Shown piece after piece: positions 62,375 through 64,000 of a stretch of DNA of 64,000 nt (its first letter is position 1; each line of letters begins with the position of its first letter). The notes under the pieces are model-generated. The model saw only the letters and a list, made by a program, of their open reading frames with translations. It searched no databases and was not told the DNA's origin. Source of the DNA: Leucoraja ocellata (taxonomy: Eukaryota); contig JAWMAR010000131.1 of the NCBI GenBank assembly GCA_036785375.1, positions 620,001 to 684,000 of the forward strand. Direction: 5' to 3'. The position numbers were made by a program, and so were the translations under genes.

Positions 62375-63355
62375 TCAAAAGAGGGCAAAAAGGCAGTCGG
62401 CAATAAAAGATGTGGAGGAGCAGTGAGACATGGGTGCATAATTGGATAAATCATTGGAAGTGGAAGGACCTGTTGCAAATTTTTTTAATAAAGCATAAAA
62501 GATCATATGTTTCATAAACAGAAGCACAGCGAACAGAAGCAGGGAGGTTATACTGAATCTTTCTGAACACTTATTTAGCACAGTTGTCGAGTATGGTGTT
62601 CGATTTTGATCACCATACTTTAGGATGAAAACAGGGTTCCTGAAAACAATGCAAAATAAATTTACGAGAATTATTCCCGAAATGAAGGCTTTCAATTCCA
62701 AGGTTCAGGTTGTTCACCTCTGGGCAAATGTGCACCACATCTTTGCACTAAACATGGTATTCTTTATCCTTTATCTCTGCACTATGGCCAGATTGATTGT
62801 ATTAATGTATAGTATTTTTTTGTACTGGATAGCATGCAAACAAAAGCTTTCCACTCTACATTGGTACACTTGACAATAATAAACTAAACTAAACTGAGAA
62901 GATTGGGAGGACATTTGTTAGAGGTGTACAAGACTGAGAGGCCTGAGAAGGGGTAAACAAAGAGTAGCAGTTTCCATTAATAGATGGATTATTGCTCAGG
63001 AAAGCACATTCAAGGTGAGGGGTTAAAGTGCATCGGGGATGTGAGGGAATACTTGTAAGAGCGATTATGATCTGGAATTAAATTGCTCATAAAGATAAAG
63101 GGAGCAGAGACAATCAGGCCTTCCAGAAGGAAAGGCATTTGCAAATCTAAGGGAAAAGAGGAGGGGAATGTGACGGAGTAGATTGTTCTTCAATGAGCCA
63201 TTATGGTGTTCAGGCGAAACATGGAAGTTCAGGGACTGGAGGGTTATGGATTATGTACAGGCAGATGAGATCAGTTCAACTAGCCATCACGTTTGGCACA
63301 AACATTGTGGGCCAAAGGGCCACAGTCCTGTTATGTACTATTCTATGTTATATGT
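62375..63355 (+). mobile_element. Old CR1 LINE 3' part interrupted by a Rex/L2-type tail (~62700-62895)
   Basis: 'gagtatggtgttcgattttgatcaccata' (EY.V.FWSP) and 'gggccaaagggccacagtcctgttatgtactattctatg' tail. Confidence 0.65.
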
Positions 63356-63374
63356 TCTAATATATATAGTCACA

Positions 63375-63539
63375 NNNNNNNNNNNNNNNNNNNNNNNNNN
63401 NNNNNNNNNNNNNNNNNNNNNNNNNNNNNNNNNNNNNNNNNNNNNNNNNNNNNNNNNNNNNNNNNNNNNNNNNNNNNNNNNNNNNNNNNNNNNNNNNNNN
63501 NNNNNNNNNNNNNNNNNNNNNNNNNNNNNNNNNNNNNNN
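63375..63539. other. Assembly gap (165 N)
   Basis: Run of n characters. Confidence 1.
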
Positions 63540-63927
63540 TGTGAATGTGCTGTTAAATTAATTGCATAAAAGTTACATTTTGGGAAACCTACTCCTCATC
63601 ACTGCCATCCTTATTTGGCCGTATGATAAAACAAACATGATAAGCTGACAGAATTAGCTTTGGTCCTGTTGCAATACAATGGCTTTATTGCACTGAAGAG
63701 CTGAGCTACTTGGACTTTGAACAGAGCAGGCTCACTGTCCAGTGTTCAGTTAGCCAATTGCAGCATGATGTCAGAGTCGTTCCGTTTGCCCTTGAGGATT
63801 CCTGCTAGAAGAATACATGCGTGAATAACAAAACGCAAAAGCAGATTAGGCAGCGACGTTTCCCATAATAAAATTGCTTATCGACATTTGCTAGAAGGAC
63901 TCGCATAAAATCAAAGATTGCTTGTGG

Positions 63928-64000
63928 ACACGAGAAACTGCAGCTGCTGATTTACAAAAATAAAAACACAAAGTGCTGGAGTAACTCAGAGGGGCAGGCA
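63928..64000 (-). mobile_element. Penelope-like element tail and arm, cut by the window edge
   Basis: gaaactgcagctgctg...acacaaagtgctggagtaactcagaggggcaggca. Confidence 0.6.

Noticed and set aside
63183-63569. ORFs spanning the N run
   Set aside because: Artefacts of the assembly gap within a CR1 remnant.

Overview
This is AT-rich vertebrate genomic DNA. The repeat landscape (V-SINEs, CR1, Rex/Babar, L2, Penelope-derived elements) points to a cartilaginous fish, probably a skate or ray. The window holds most of one minus-strand gene, ZNF217. It has a probable non-coding first exon and CpG-rich promoter at ~55.2-55.5 kb, a ~34 kb first intron, and four coding exons (20919-19161, 10744-10619, 7953-6223, 950-844). 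These splice through canonical GT-AG phase-1 junctions into a 1240-aa C2H2 zinc-finger co-repressor; the 3' UTR continues beyond position 1. Notable points: (1) the protein has two extra N-terminal fingers of the ZNF516 type that human ZNF217 lacks; (2) the predicted 5' leader has an exon-spanning 36-codon uORF and an ATG-TGA start-stop overlapping the main ATG; (3) about 20 copies of a short fold-back element carry a minimal hammerhead-ribozyme motif (CUGAAGA-stem II-GAAAC-GUC), 11-16 bp target-site duplications and a ~36-nt unpaired tail, and one copy retains a Penelope GIY-YIG fragment, so this is a non-autonomous Penelope-like ribozyme family; (4) a canonical non-autonomous Helitron lies in intron 2. 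Apart from ZNF217 and a few retroelement fragments, the ORFs in the supplied track look spurious. Repeat boundaries were read by eye and are approximate unless a TSD is given.
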